A DNA stretch of 55,801 nucleotides, filler included, from Catajapyx aquilonaris (taxonomy: Eukaryota), in assembly GCA_000934665.2 (NCBI GenBank). It is 2 parts of 2 records of this genome, joined end to end, with 100 filler letters (N's around TTAATTAATTAA, not from the genome) between each part and the next. Parts side by side here need not be neighbours in the genome. Positions count along the whole stretch, not along the records: positions 1 to 27,797 come from JYFJ02004996.1; 1 more part is not named here. One strand, given 5' to 3'. Below are positions 12,081-24,059 of this stretch, in pieces. The notes beneath the pieces were generated by a model, which saw only the letters and a list, made by a program, of their open reading frames with translations, was not told the origin of the DNA and searched no databases. Within the stretch, counting starts at the first letter, position 1. The number at the start of each line of letters is the position of its first letter. Both the position numbers and the translations under genes were made by a program.

Positions 12081-15000
12081 CACATAAATTGTTCACATGC
12101 GGTGCTGGTGGGGCAGCCATCGCATCGGCTCCCGGGAAGTAGTAGTGTGTTAGCGACCTGTGTTGGAGGTAAACAATGGAAGGAAGGTACGTGAGTGCTG
12201 TACAGTGCTGGACACATCAGCAGACCCGATAATAATGGTGTTGCATTCCCACCCCCCACCCACATACGTATTATATCGGCCTGACTTGTTGTCACATACA
12301 GAGATCGACTGATAATGAGAGTGTCTTTCTCCATGGTTCATTGATTCCTTTCTCATTCAAACAAGCAAACTTCGAGGATCAGGACCAGAAACACATGTGA
12401 AAATATGACCAGAACAATTGTGGTCTAGCGTTCCGTCGTTCGTTGGGCTATCATCAGTGCGGCGCATATGGTTGCTTGTTCAGGAAAGGCCGTTGATCTC
12501 ATCAGATTTGGATGCATTTCCCTAATATCAGGCGTTAAGGTTATGATAATTATTTTATCTGAATACATGGTATTGTTGACCTTCTTTTCGATGGACCAGA
12601 CTCGTTCTCATATACTGTACAAAGACCGAATTGGAATAAGTGTCTCTATGTTCGTCACTATGCAATGTTGTGGCTGCTGTTCCTCTTTCATCAGGATTCA
12701 ATTTTGTTACGGGTTATGAAAGACGATGGAGAGTACTTCAGGAAGAAGTCACTCTACGAATTGTTAGTATGGGACAAGACTATGCTTAGAAATGGGTCCT
12801 ACAGCTTTGGCTGTATTTCCAATGCTTGTGCTTCTTGCAGTAATTGTATTTCAGATTGGTGTAAGACTGGGATCATGTTCTTCGTCGCTGCTCGCTGGTG
12901 GGAATGGTTCAAAACGGCGTAAACGTGCCCCTGATGGAATAAAACGATTTCATTATATACGTGGTGATTCCTTCTGCTCATGGTCAGCCGGAGTAAATTT
13001 TTCTCCCCATGTTTTGCGCAAAAATAATTAACTTGTTGCAGTACTGGACGCAAAGGCTCGAAAGACCCAAGAAGAGACCTTTCCCTAGTTAAAAGAGTTG
13101 CTGATTGAAAGCTGTGAGTAACAGGCTAATCAATATTACTTGGTAATATACATGCTATGTCTTGTGGTGTGTTCTGTGTGAATCATTTGTGTCGTGTATG
13201 GAGATGCCTGTGCATTACTCAACCATAGTATTGTTGTACTGTTGGCAGCCACCATCTCACGTGAACTATAGAGTGAATATTAGTTCACACAATGGCACAG
13301 CTTCATTACGAAGCAGACGAATAGTGCGCCAATTTGCTAATCCTGAATCTCGGGATCTTATCAGGTCACATATGGCACCAAGGGAAGCTCAAAGCTGTTT
13401 TGTCTCCGTGTCGCAGAGTAATCATAAACCCTCCCATTTTTATGGCAATGTGTAAGCCAGTGAAATACGACACAACGGTGTTTGTTGCGTTCCATGTTTA
13501 ATTTTTAGATTGTTTTCAGAAAGGATATGTGTGGATATGTGGAAAGTTACTTGTAATGTTGCTTTTTTGTAATGCTATTGTTGTGCGCAAGAAGCCCGTT
13601 ATGTGTGGCTTCTATGACTTTCTTTGCCCAAATATTATGGACTTCCGAAATTGGCCATTTCAATGTTTGGGTACGTGTAGGAAGATTTTGGGCATAGAGA
13701 GGAAGGAATGACGCACTTGTGATATAGGACAGACTGCTAAACAAGGTTTCATTTCGACATGTACGCTCGTATTTCCGTGCCATCCGCGTCATTGTAAGCC
13801 TACGTCGTGATTCTTTATGCTGGTCATCAGTGCAGGGCGCATCCTGGTGTGAAAATACCTCATGAAGCCGCATGAAGAATGTCTTTTACTGCGACTTTGG
13901 TCAGAAAGGAAATGGTCGTTAAAATATATCTGAGCCTGTTCCATCCTCGCCTTAATCAGTGCTCATCATAATTGCCCCTCGTTTTCTGCCGCGTCCCTTC
14001 AGCATTTCTCTTACTTTAAAAAATAAAGAGGGTCTGCAAAGTTTCGAGTCCCATTTGGTATAGGTATTATTATTCTTCTAAACACATCAGTATGAGAAAA
14101 ATCTTACTCACAAAAATATTACAACGGGCTTGCTGCGTTATCTGATGTGGGTTGCTAATTTGTGATCTCGGCCAAGTGCATCATGACACGTGAGCCATCA
14201 ACTACGTCCATGTCCATACGGACGTTCATTCATACAGAGGAGGTTGCTCCAGTGTTGTGTTTTGTCATCCTTCCTAAGAGCTCTTTTCACACTATTTTGC
14301 TGATGCTTGTTGTTGGGAAGTAGAGCTGGGATGTCGCGGGTAAAGGTCAATTGTTTCAAGATCAATTCAGTTCAATTGAAGTGATCCAAAGGATTGAATT
14401 GAAACATTTCAATCCTATACGTAATGCCAGGAAATGTGATCAAAGCGAATCAATAAATATAAATTTTATTAAATCGTTATGGAACAAGCGGACCCCTGCG
14501 AGGGACCAGGTCATTGTTTCTAGCAAATAGGCTGCAATTTATGTGTTACCAGATCAAATTCTATGTGGTGGTTTTCAAAATAATGGTCAGTACAATCAAT
14601 CTGATTCAGGACCAGGTGGGTGCACTACAGGAATGTGTTGTCTAATAATTATTATTAGTAGGAATTATGTTAGTAGGGCGATGACAAAATAAGTGGCCCA
14701 ACAATATCGTGGGTTTATATATTATTGCATAGGGAACAGTCCAAGGTAGGTTAATTAAATATGCGCATGCCCGTGTTCCTCATAATGAATGGGTTAGTGC
14801 ACCTCTCGTGTTGGGCATCTGGCATATATTTTCAGACACTTTTCACATGTTGTTTGCAATGGTTTTCCGAGGCGCAAAACGCACTTTACTTCTGCTAAAA
14901 TTAATTTCATGTTTTCACTTGAAATTGCTGGCCTAATAATTATGCAGCTTGTCCCAAATCTATCACTGCGTACATAAGGTATAGTCTTCCTTCAGTCTCG

Positions 15001-15809
15001 TTCCATAATTTTATATCCAGATTCACTGTTAGCTCTGCCATTTTGTTGAAATTGTGTGTGGAGTAAGAAGCAACTATCACATTTAGTTCTCATTCTAACC
15101 AGATGTAATACCGGTATTAGGTGTTAGCATGTTCTGTACAATAATGATGGTGTGGTCAGCGTGTAAGGGATAGTAATATTGTCTGATTTTTCCACACTTT
15201 TCCGGAAAGAGTTGATTACACAGGATTTTCACGCTGGAAACTTTTACCGCCATGTGACCTGGTGAATTATTCGAACTACTGTATAGGTTGTGGCTAATAA
15301 ATCAGATTCAATGGGTGTGAGAATGTATTGATTTGCGCACATGCATATAATTATGCTCTGTCATGCGGTGTGATCCTCAAGTGCTGTCTGTTTGCCTTCT
15401 TGTGTTTGCTCGGCGTCAATGGAAAAGCCTGTGGATTCCACAACCGTAATATTGTGGCACTATTTGAAGACCTCGGGGGAAGAACGATCAAGGACCACTT
15501 TTTGTCAAAAATGAGTTACATATCTCAGAAGATACTTTCACTAGTGTGGTCGTGTAGAATATAATGGTTTGGTCATGGTTATGGAGTTGTGGTCGTAGGT
15601 CACAAAGGAAGGCCCCGAAAGTCCGGGATAGTCACTGTTACGCAGGTGTGATTGTGAGGAACGAGTTTGATGGGATCTTTGCTGGTTTATCGGGATTATT
15701 ACTGGTGATGGGACATGGAGGTGTAGTCTTCTGTCAAGGTATTTCCTCGAGAGAGCACCAAGGTCCATTTCTCTTCCATATACATTCATATTATTTCATT
15801 ATGTTAATG

Positions 15810-16083
15810 CCCCCCGATGGTATCTCCACCTTATCGTGGTGGTGGGGTTTGCGTTTCTCCCGTGACCCCAAGAGCTATGCCGGCGGTAGCTTCGTCTACT
15901 GGTAGGGCCACCCAAGCCGGACAGGTCTTTGGGATAGGAGACAGACTAAGAGAGATGCCAGTCTGTTCCTCTCTTCTTTTTCCTCTTCGTTTCTCTCTCC
16001 ATCTGTCCCACCTTTGCGTCTTCTTACAGCCAGATAGCCACAGTTGCTTTGGCTTCTTCCTAATAAACCAAACCAAACCAAAC
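15810..16083 (+). mobile_element. RTE-derived short non-autonomous retroposon, copy 1
   Basis: 5' part resembles RTE/Bov-A 5'UTR (tagggccacccaag.cggac.ggtc); (AAACC)n tail; 13-bp TSD cattatgttaatg; near-identical to 35946-36219. Confidence 0.85.
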
Positions 16084-17073
16084 CATTATGTTAATGTCGA
16101 TCATGGACGTATCTTGTGGGGTATTCCACTTAATTCCATGCTTATCGGCTAAGAGACACCACAAAATAACCCAGGGAAACACACCGGGGAAGAGGGTAAA
16201 AACCACCACTGTGGACTATATTCGGGACAACTCGTACAACACATCCGTCCAGGAGGCCTGTAGAACGAGAACTAACCTTTTCATTCAAATCAATAACAAC
16301 ATCATACTGGCAACCAGGGCAACAGACAACAGCCTGGTTGCCAGGACACTACAATATGTCAATTTTAGATCTTATCCGCATTTTATAAAACCTCTCTGAA
16401 CTCTCCACAGTCGGAATAATCCTGCTTATAGGTCAGAATTTTTTACTGTCAGGTCATATGACAATCAGATTGCAGCTTACTTTCTCTTCTAGCAGGTCAA
16501 TGTACTGTTGTAAAACACTTGTGTATGCCTCATTCAGTCTGTCAATCTAGACTTGCCCGCTAGTGAGCATTAATTATGGAACCCTGCACGTTCATTGTCT
16601 ATGTTAAATTCGCGTGTCCATTTCTGGAGGGCCCTAAAGTCTAGACCACGGTCGAGGAGTGTGTGTATATATGGTCTAGTTGTCTAGACTACTGCACGGG
16701 TAATGCATGGGTATGCCATAGACTCAATTACACTGCACAGTCTAATATGAGCAAGTGTGAAGTGGCTGCTAGAAGAGACGTGTAATTCATTGTTCCAATC
16801 TCATTCTTGCCCCCCTTTTCGCACTACATACTGCACATTAAAAAGAAACATTATCTTATTGACGAATACAATACAATATGAACATGTATGAAGAAATTAC
16901 GTCGTGTAACTGATATATTCGTGACTTTCTATTACTTATTGCAATTTCCAGATACAAATAATTCTCCGAGTGTGTTTGTAGATTTGCATGTAATTTATTG
17001 CCTTCAAGTTTCTCTCCCGTGCCCCGCTGGCTGCCTTTAAATCATGGTGGACAGAATCATGGACAGTCTTTCT

Positions 17074-17490
17074 TCACAGAATGATGACTGTCGAGGGAAG
17101 CATGTCACAAGACATGTTTCTCTGAGTATTATTACGACCATTGCTCACCACGAGTCTTTCCTGGAGCACCTTCTTGTGTACGAACTGGAATGATGTGTAG
17201 AGGTGAACCTCTTCGCATGGTATCTTGTGGCAGAAGGTGTATTTCTTTCCTTTCATTATTCCTCTTTCTCTTTGGGATGTGACCAAGATGAGAGTCGTCG
17301 TCCTGGTGCTATAGAATGTGTGTCCTCCTTGGCAGGTTCGTATCGTCTTGTGAGTTACGAAGAAAAAAAAAAATCTGGTTTTTATGTTCTCGAATACTGT
17401 ATGTTGGTGGTGCTGTGTGGACACGTAAATATCACCTAATTGGTGTAAAGTGGGCCAAAGTGTGGGCCCTTCTCGTGGCTTCCGCCCCAC
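17074..17490 (-). pseudogene. Probable further diverged member of the unidentified family
   Basis: 138-aa ORF with KTRFFFFFVTHK, resembling RTRFLFTQQ; co-oriented with the other fragments. Confidence 0.3.
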
Positions 17491-19649
17491 TTAATTTGCC
17501 AATGGGAAGCACTTGAATTTATTACTGCAATGTGGAGAATAATAGTCATAATGAGCCTTGTGCAAATGTACTCCTTACTTTATTACGAGTACGTTACCTG
17601 TTAGCAATATACATGTTCTAGGATCTTTCACGGGAGGGCTGTGCCCATAATAATGTCTTCCAACTTCCTTCTGCACTGGGCTAGTCCCATTATGTGCTCT
17701 TCTGTCGCTGGTATTCACCGTCCTCATTCTAGGAAGACGCAGACATATGACGCCGCGTTGTCAAGTGAATCGCCGAAACACTCATCACCACCAATTGTGT
17801 GCGTAAATATTTTGGTTCATTTCTCCCCAAGAGAGTTTACATGAGCACTTCTTGCTTGTGTCCTGTTTGTATTGTTACTTCAAATACTTCTACCATTGAA
17901 TGTGTGGCTTCATGGAAAGGAAACATGCACGGTACATGTAGGGCTTGATTGAAAATCTAAGGTGGTGTTACGATTGCTAATTCTCGGCTTGTGTTGTGCA
18001 TAATGTGTTTGGAGGAGACCTTATTAGGGAAAACTCCAAGTGTCGTCTCCTGCTGAGCATGGCCTCGTTACCTGTTCTTTCTGGTCCTGATGATAAGATA
18101 AGAGTGTTTGTGTGCCCTCTATGTACCCTGCACCTTTCCGATTTTGTGCAGATTGTTTTCCTTCACAATTCCTTGCGTCTATCTTACAGACCTATCTTAC
18201 ACTGTGTTAATTCGGTGAATTAAGTGCAGCCTATTGTTCTTGCTCTGATGGTCACTCATTAAAATACAACATGGCGAATAATTACGCGATCAATTAACCG
18301 AGATTGCTCGTGTGGACATGACCTATGGAAAGGGATACCGGTGCATAAATGAACCGAATACTTCCATGTGCAAGCTACTGGCAAATGTAAAACATAACCT
18401 TTTGTGCTGTTCCATTCAGTAGTTGACCTTCACCACGTCTTCCTCAGTTTATCACATCTCACCCATTGTGTTTTGCAAATGCTGCATTTCCACGGGAAAC
18501 AGCACTAGAGGAAGTGACATATTCCATTTAGCGCAAGTAATAATCATAATGTGGGCACGGATATTTGTCTTGCAACGCAGTCCAAAAGAGGCCGAAGGAT
18601 TGTGCTTTGCTTCTAAACTTTGGTCTGTCTCAGGTAATCCCTTCTGGTCGTTTTCCGTCCTTTTTATTAGGCGTCAAATTGTCAAATGCACGCTCTTGGC
18701 ACCTTCTTCGCTCTTTGAGGCTCCTCGAGTTCCAAGTAGTCAAGTTTAAAATAATGAAAAAACGACGGGAAATATTGGCTTCACTTGACAAGATGGCAAT
18801 GAAAATCAATCGATGACCATTACGTGTAATTGATAAGCATGGTGGCAGGGCTGCCTGCTCGACATGACGGGATCCAAGGCAGCGCTTATTAAGACTATGC
18901 CGTATATTATTTTCGTGAGAACGTTTACGTCTTTATATCTGCTCAATTTGGTGTCATTGCTGAGAGAGCATGGTATTCATACAGCATGACGATGGAAATA
19001 ATTGCATGCATGTAACGGCACAAGCCCCCTCTCCTCTTAACATCGAGCAACAATGAATGCAGCTTCTCTCCCTAACGCCCTTCTTCCACGTCAGAAAATA
19101 AAGGAAAGTTGTTGCTGTAGGACTCAGCAGGAACGGAGCATGATAAACAAATTTAAAAATTAGTACAGGACGATATTTTTCAAGTTTAAATATTGGTTAG
19201 CATGTTATGTTAACAGAATAATGTTGGAGGTCTTTCATATATGAAAGTGTTAATTTACGTTACACGTTTGCTAATATTTTATCCATGTACTGACTTTTCT
19301 TCCAGCAAATTCAGACATGGTTTTGAACCTCGTGTGAAGCTGTGTCTTCCTCTCGTCACTTGGTTGCCAGGTTGACATTTCTATATATTATTTGCGTACC
19401 ACTCTGTGGGGACAGTTCCTCAGGTGTGTGGCTTGGTTTCATGTGGTGTCCTCCCCCAATAGCCTTGTTATTGATGCATGTCTTCCTGGACAGCTGAGAC
19501 TAATATGTGTCACGATCTTTGTCGGATGATTTATTCAGTTATCTCATCCCTACTCTGACAGTGTGTTGGCGCAGGTTGCAAAGGTCCTAGTGTTCGCGAT
19601 CGTTCAAGAAATAGGTCTTGTAAATTGCGACGCCTAATATTGCATCGTC

Positions 19650-20084
19650 GTATGCAGTACTGTTCATGGTCACAGGTGCATGAGGTATAACCCGGCTTCT
19701 TCGTTCAAACAAATCCCTAGTTCATAATATAATGCCAGTGGCGTCGTCCTTCTGTTAGGCGAGGCTTGCCTTGAATGTGTCCTGCGTGCAATGCTCTGCA
19801 CGGATGCAGTTTTTGATTGTATATCTTCCGAAGTTTAAAAAGTGCAGTTCAAGTAACGTATTTTTTTCAGTCTTTATACGCTTAAACTCGAGTGGGACAA
19901 ACGACGTGTACGTTAAAAATTTTCTTGTTAGGAAATTATGAGTAAATATGCTATTGTACGTGTGTCTATCCTGGTTGCCACTGATATCAACCGAGTTCAA
20001 ATGGCTGTTGTGTGAAAACAAGAGGATGCGCCTCTGTACCCGTGGCATAATCGCATTGAGATCCCTCAGGTCACAGTAATCCAA
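19650..20084 (-). pseudogene. Diverged member of the unidentified family
   Basis: RRILLFSHN...QDRHTYNSIFTHNFL followed downstream by TSCTCDHEQY, parallel to HHVLLTHHVL...QPCNCHE. Confidence 0.35.
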
Positions 20085-20607
20085 TCATATCACGGGAATT
20101 GGCCTCTTCTTTCTCATTACCTTCCGTTATATTTTTCTTCAGCACACAAGTTATTTGATCCACATTTAATAGTCGGACAACATGTGTTGTGTTCATAATT
20201 CGAGTGGCAATAAAGTTGTTGTAAAACAGCAAAACACTCGCATGAGTCCTTACAGAATAAGTAATCCTGTTTGTTGATAACCATCACGATGCTCGTCATA
20301 TTATTCGATTTAAAGCTGGTGAGTGGTGTGGCCTTCCTTGTACCTTAAAATGAATGGTGCCTGCCATGTCAATATATCACCCTGATGTATTCAGAAAGAC
20401 AGTTGAAAAGACTTGGACACGTAAATACTAATACTGTATTGAAAGATTCAATAGTAAAATTCAAGTCTGGGTCTTACAATGCTCCTTCCTCTCGTGAAGA
20501 ATGACGAGTCCTGTTAAAATGCCTTCCCCTATCGTTCTTCTTCACCTGTTGGTACCGGCTACCGCTGCACCCCAGAGTTTGTAATTTGTTTATTAAATTG
20601 TTTGTGT

Positions 20608-20925
20608 TCAGCCTGTCATAGAAGATGCTGATCTTGGTAGCGAGCTTTCCCGTGAGGATCTTCGTCGATCTTCAGTTTCACTCATTGTGCTTACTGTTAA
20701 CCGAAACTCATCCATCCCGTCGAACAGAGCTCGCTGGGTTTCCTCCCGTGACTTCCGTAGTTCTCGAGCTGTATTGTCCATGCTTGCACGAAAGTACGTT
20801 ATCAATGTGTACTCGTCTCAGCTGGGCCTCGCAAAACACAGAACAGCAGACACATCCGCAAACACCAAAGCCACAAGCCCGTCTGATGGTTACCTGCACA
20901 TAGTGCAACGTGCCAGTTCTCGTTC
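20608..20925 (-). pseudogene. Possible RING-like plus coiled-coil remnant
   Basis: ELARCTMCR, then after a frameshift CGCVCCSVFCEAQL, then helical MDNTARELRKSREETQRALFDGMDEF. The final CxxC is not seen. Confidence 0.25.
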
Positions 20926-22399
20926 TTGAAATGTCAGATTCTCCCCACACAGATGATGGAACGTGCGTCGCGTTTGGATGGGGGGATAGACCCTGCTATT
21001 GTCTCATCATGCCTTTTTAAAATCCCCTTTGTCTCTTCTTTCGTCTGCTTCAGCCTATATGCTCCCTCGAGAAACTTTCTGCTTATCCCTCCTTATTCGT
21101 GCACGTCCTCACATGAACGTGTTGACAGTGGCATTATCCATTTTATGTTACCTGCCATGAATCATTATATCGCATATACTGGTGTCCACATCTTCTCATC
21201 GCATCCAAGTACGGCAGGTGTGATGTTGCGCCATGTCACTTCGTCGTCTTGTAGGATTCATGATGCGCACCCTGATATGCATGTTAATCGAGAGAGGTCA
21301 CCCGATCCTATTGTTGAAATTTCCCATCACCTTGAATGGTGCCATTATTAGATGGGAGGTCTGCGTGTGCAAGTGTTGGTCTCGTGCGCCTGTTGCTTCT
21401 GGCCACAATGGAGAGTTGTTGGGGGGGAACTTCCTACTCCATTATTTTGTGAGTCTCGCCCAAATGAACCGGAGATGGGATTTTGGGCGTGCAATAGTCC
21501 GTCTTGCTCTACGTGAAGGCAGCTCCTCGTGACCTATACCTCCCGAGACCCAAGTTGCCATTCGTTGTTGGATTGTGCATTTTTTTTGAACAGTTCCGGG
21601 CAACACTCGGCTGGCGATCATGTGGGAATTTTTATCAAAATGGCAGTAATATTACTACGATATAATGGAATATACGAGTATATTTAACTTTTCTGTAACG
21701 AAACCCCTTTTTTCCCGCAAATTCTGACCAATGTCTAATACTGTTTAATGCACTAGTCTCACTACCTATAATATTAGATGTGACGCCTTTTACTTGTTCA
21801 CATGTGCTATGGGGGATTTTTTCGTCTCCTCCTTCCTCCACTTCTTCCTTGTATGGTGCAAGTGACATTAATGAAACTCTTTAATATTCCAGCGAGAGTT
21901 GACAGTAGTTGGACGTCTGCATCCCAATAATTGGGCTGATGTAATAATCGAGAGTGCGAATGAAAACCGGCGTTTTTTACACTTATATAACACGGTTTTT
22001 TTCCCCTCCTGGTCGGAATGGAAGACGTATCTCTGTCTGGAAGGATTTCCTGGGCCCCTTGCGGCACCTTGTCATTGTTGAGGATTTCCCTGAAACCTTG
22101 GGTTAATTATTTGGAAAAGGACAAGGTCCTTTGCGATATTCCAATTCCTCTTTCTGCGGGTTCCAGTGTCGTACTTCAATTGAGTAATGGTCTGGAGACT
22201 CAATATATGCGCATTATTCAAAAGTGTTAATGCACCTTTTAATTGCAAATGGCAGTCGTAATGTGACGTCAAAATTTCTCATCGGCTTGGTCTCTCTCTC
22301 TTTTTTTACTTGCTCTGTGTCTCACTGTGTTTCTTGTACAAGTAATTGTAGGTATATCAGCTCCAATGCACTGTAATAGAGCGTAAAATGAAACGAAGT

Positions 22400-23889
22400 A
22401 GACTGATACCCCATGTTCTGAATGTATAGTGAGTGATCCAGTGTTGAGATGGCGAAGCACTTTGCGAATAATATCAAAGGGATCCAAGCAATGCGACCAG
22501 TGCTGTATCAAATATTTCCCATCGCTGATCCTCCATATCGGTCCTGACGTCGGTTTTTTTGAAATTACATCCTTCAAGCAGGGTAATTTCTTCGGGACTG
22601 TTTAGTTTCAAAACCATTCTGTTCCTTATAGAGACTTGATTTCTACCTCTCCACCCTGTCTGAAATAACTTTTTTTTTTTCTCTCTAATAAATTCCCATG
22701 CTTATTTCCTGATCACTCTATCTCGATGGTGGATCGAAGATTGCCACCAATAATAAGCGGTGTTGTCATGACCGTGCAACAAATTAATCAGCTGTTCAGT
22801 AACAAGTTTATTTTCAAACCGTCATGGAAGATTCTGGGCGGCATTTGGCATTGGAGGTTGTGAGATACCCCATTTTACTATAGAAGGTGAAGGTGATATA
22901 CGGGTTGGACTTAACGATGCTCCGTTGAGAGAGCAGGCCGCATTTGGGATGCTGGCCCGGCAGTCCGTGTGTGCTGTCCTTTCTTGTCCAGTACTGCTAA
23001 TTATTATTCTTAATGTTGGGTCCCGGGAAGCGTAGAAACTTCACTATAATTGGGCGCATTGGGCCCATACGACCCATCCTGTGGGCCCTTTCATTCTCCA
23101 AGTTTGCTGGGTCGGGGTGCAGTCCATAGTGAACAAAAAATGACCTGCAGCGATTCTCTGTCTCCTCCCACGTTTCGCTGGGTGAGCCCTCCACTCCAAA
23201 TATTAGCAAGTTCGAACGCCTTGATTGGTTTTCAATCCCAATCAAACTCGTCTGAAGTAAGGGCCTAGCCACACTAGACGGAATCTCCGGACGGAGATTC
23301 CGGTGCGGTTGTCCGGAAGGTTCTTTTTGTCATGCGGAATTTCCGTCGACTGTGCTGCCGCCTTGCGGCCCACTAGTGAAAAACAACTCCTTCTTCCTTG
23401 CAAGAAAATGCCCAGGGCGAGAAGAAGGGTGCACCTGACCCTCTTTCTCCGTCGGGATGTGGCCATGCCCCGCCGGAATCTATACATTGCAGTGGGATTA
23501 TTGCCCCCGACGGAAAACGGAACGGATTTCTTCCGCTGGGTCTTCCGCTGGTGCTCGACGGAACGACGGAAAAACCGTCGTGTGTGTCTCATCCCGACGG
23601 AATCCAGTTTACTTCCATGTGTTTGAAAATTTTGAGCGGACCGCACCGGAATTTCCGTCCGGAGATTCCGTCTAGTGTGGCTAGGCCCTAAGTCCACCTT
23701 TTGTTTGAAGGTCACGTTTTCTTCTTCAAGGGATCGGATCCTGGCTGACATCTCCTTCAGGGCACTGTGCACTTTGACCGCGTGCGCGTCTTGTTTCGAC
23801 TCCAGGGCGGCCCTAGAGTCATCGATCATCTGCTGTAGGTTGTATTGTAGTTGGTCCATCAACTCACGGATATCTTGAATAGACGCCAT
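22400..23889 (-). mobile_element. Decayed LINE: L1-type (Transposase_22-like) ORF1 plus degenerate ORF2 traces
   Basis: Coiled-coil N-terminus plus IENQSRRSNLLIFGV...ERAHRMG...RPIIVKFLRF. Downstream PLIIGGN (APE-like) and DQRWEIFDTAL...HWIT (linker-like). Confidence 0.8.
23261..23688. mobile_element. PIF/Harbinger-type MITE inserted in LINE ORF1
   Basis: About 48-bp TIRs gggcctagccacactagacggaatctccggacgga...; TAA TSD at 23258-23260 and 23689-23691. Confidence 0.92.
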
Positions 23890-24059
23890 TTGACTATGGC
23901 AAGCACGTGTACGACCTTGTGTGGAGCGAGAATCTAAGTCTTGCGTTCACCTCTGCGCCCGGGTTGAGAGTCCACTTGTTTGCGGTTCTTGAAAAACCCG
24001 GTGAAATGATCAGATTGTTCCCTCCCTATCGTACGCGGCCAATCTATGAGGTGATGGGA

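Noticed and set aside
16483..16778. 13-bp inverted pair suggesting a MITE
   Set aside because: No TSD and no other copy in the window.
19755..20084. LRR/F-box protein (LNSVDISGN)
   Set aside because: No repeat periodicity; it fits the unknown family better.
23242..23889. 215-aa ORF, the longest in the track
   Set aside because: It is a chimera of the LINE ORF1 N-terminus and MITE read-through.
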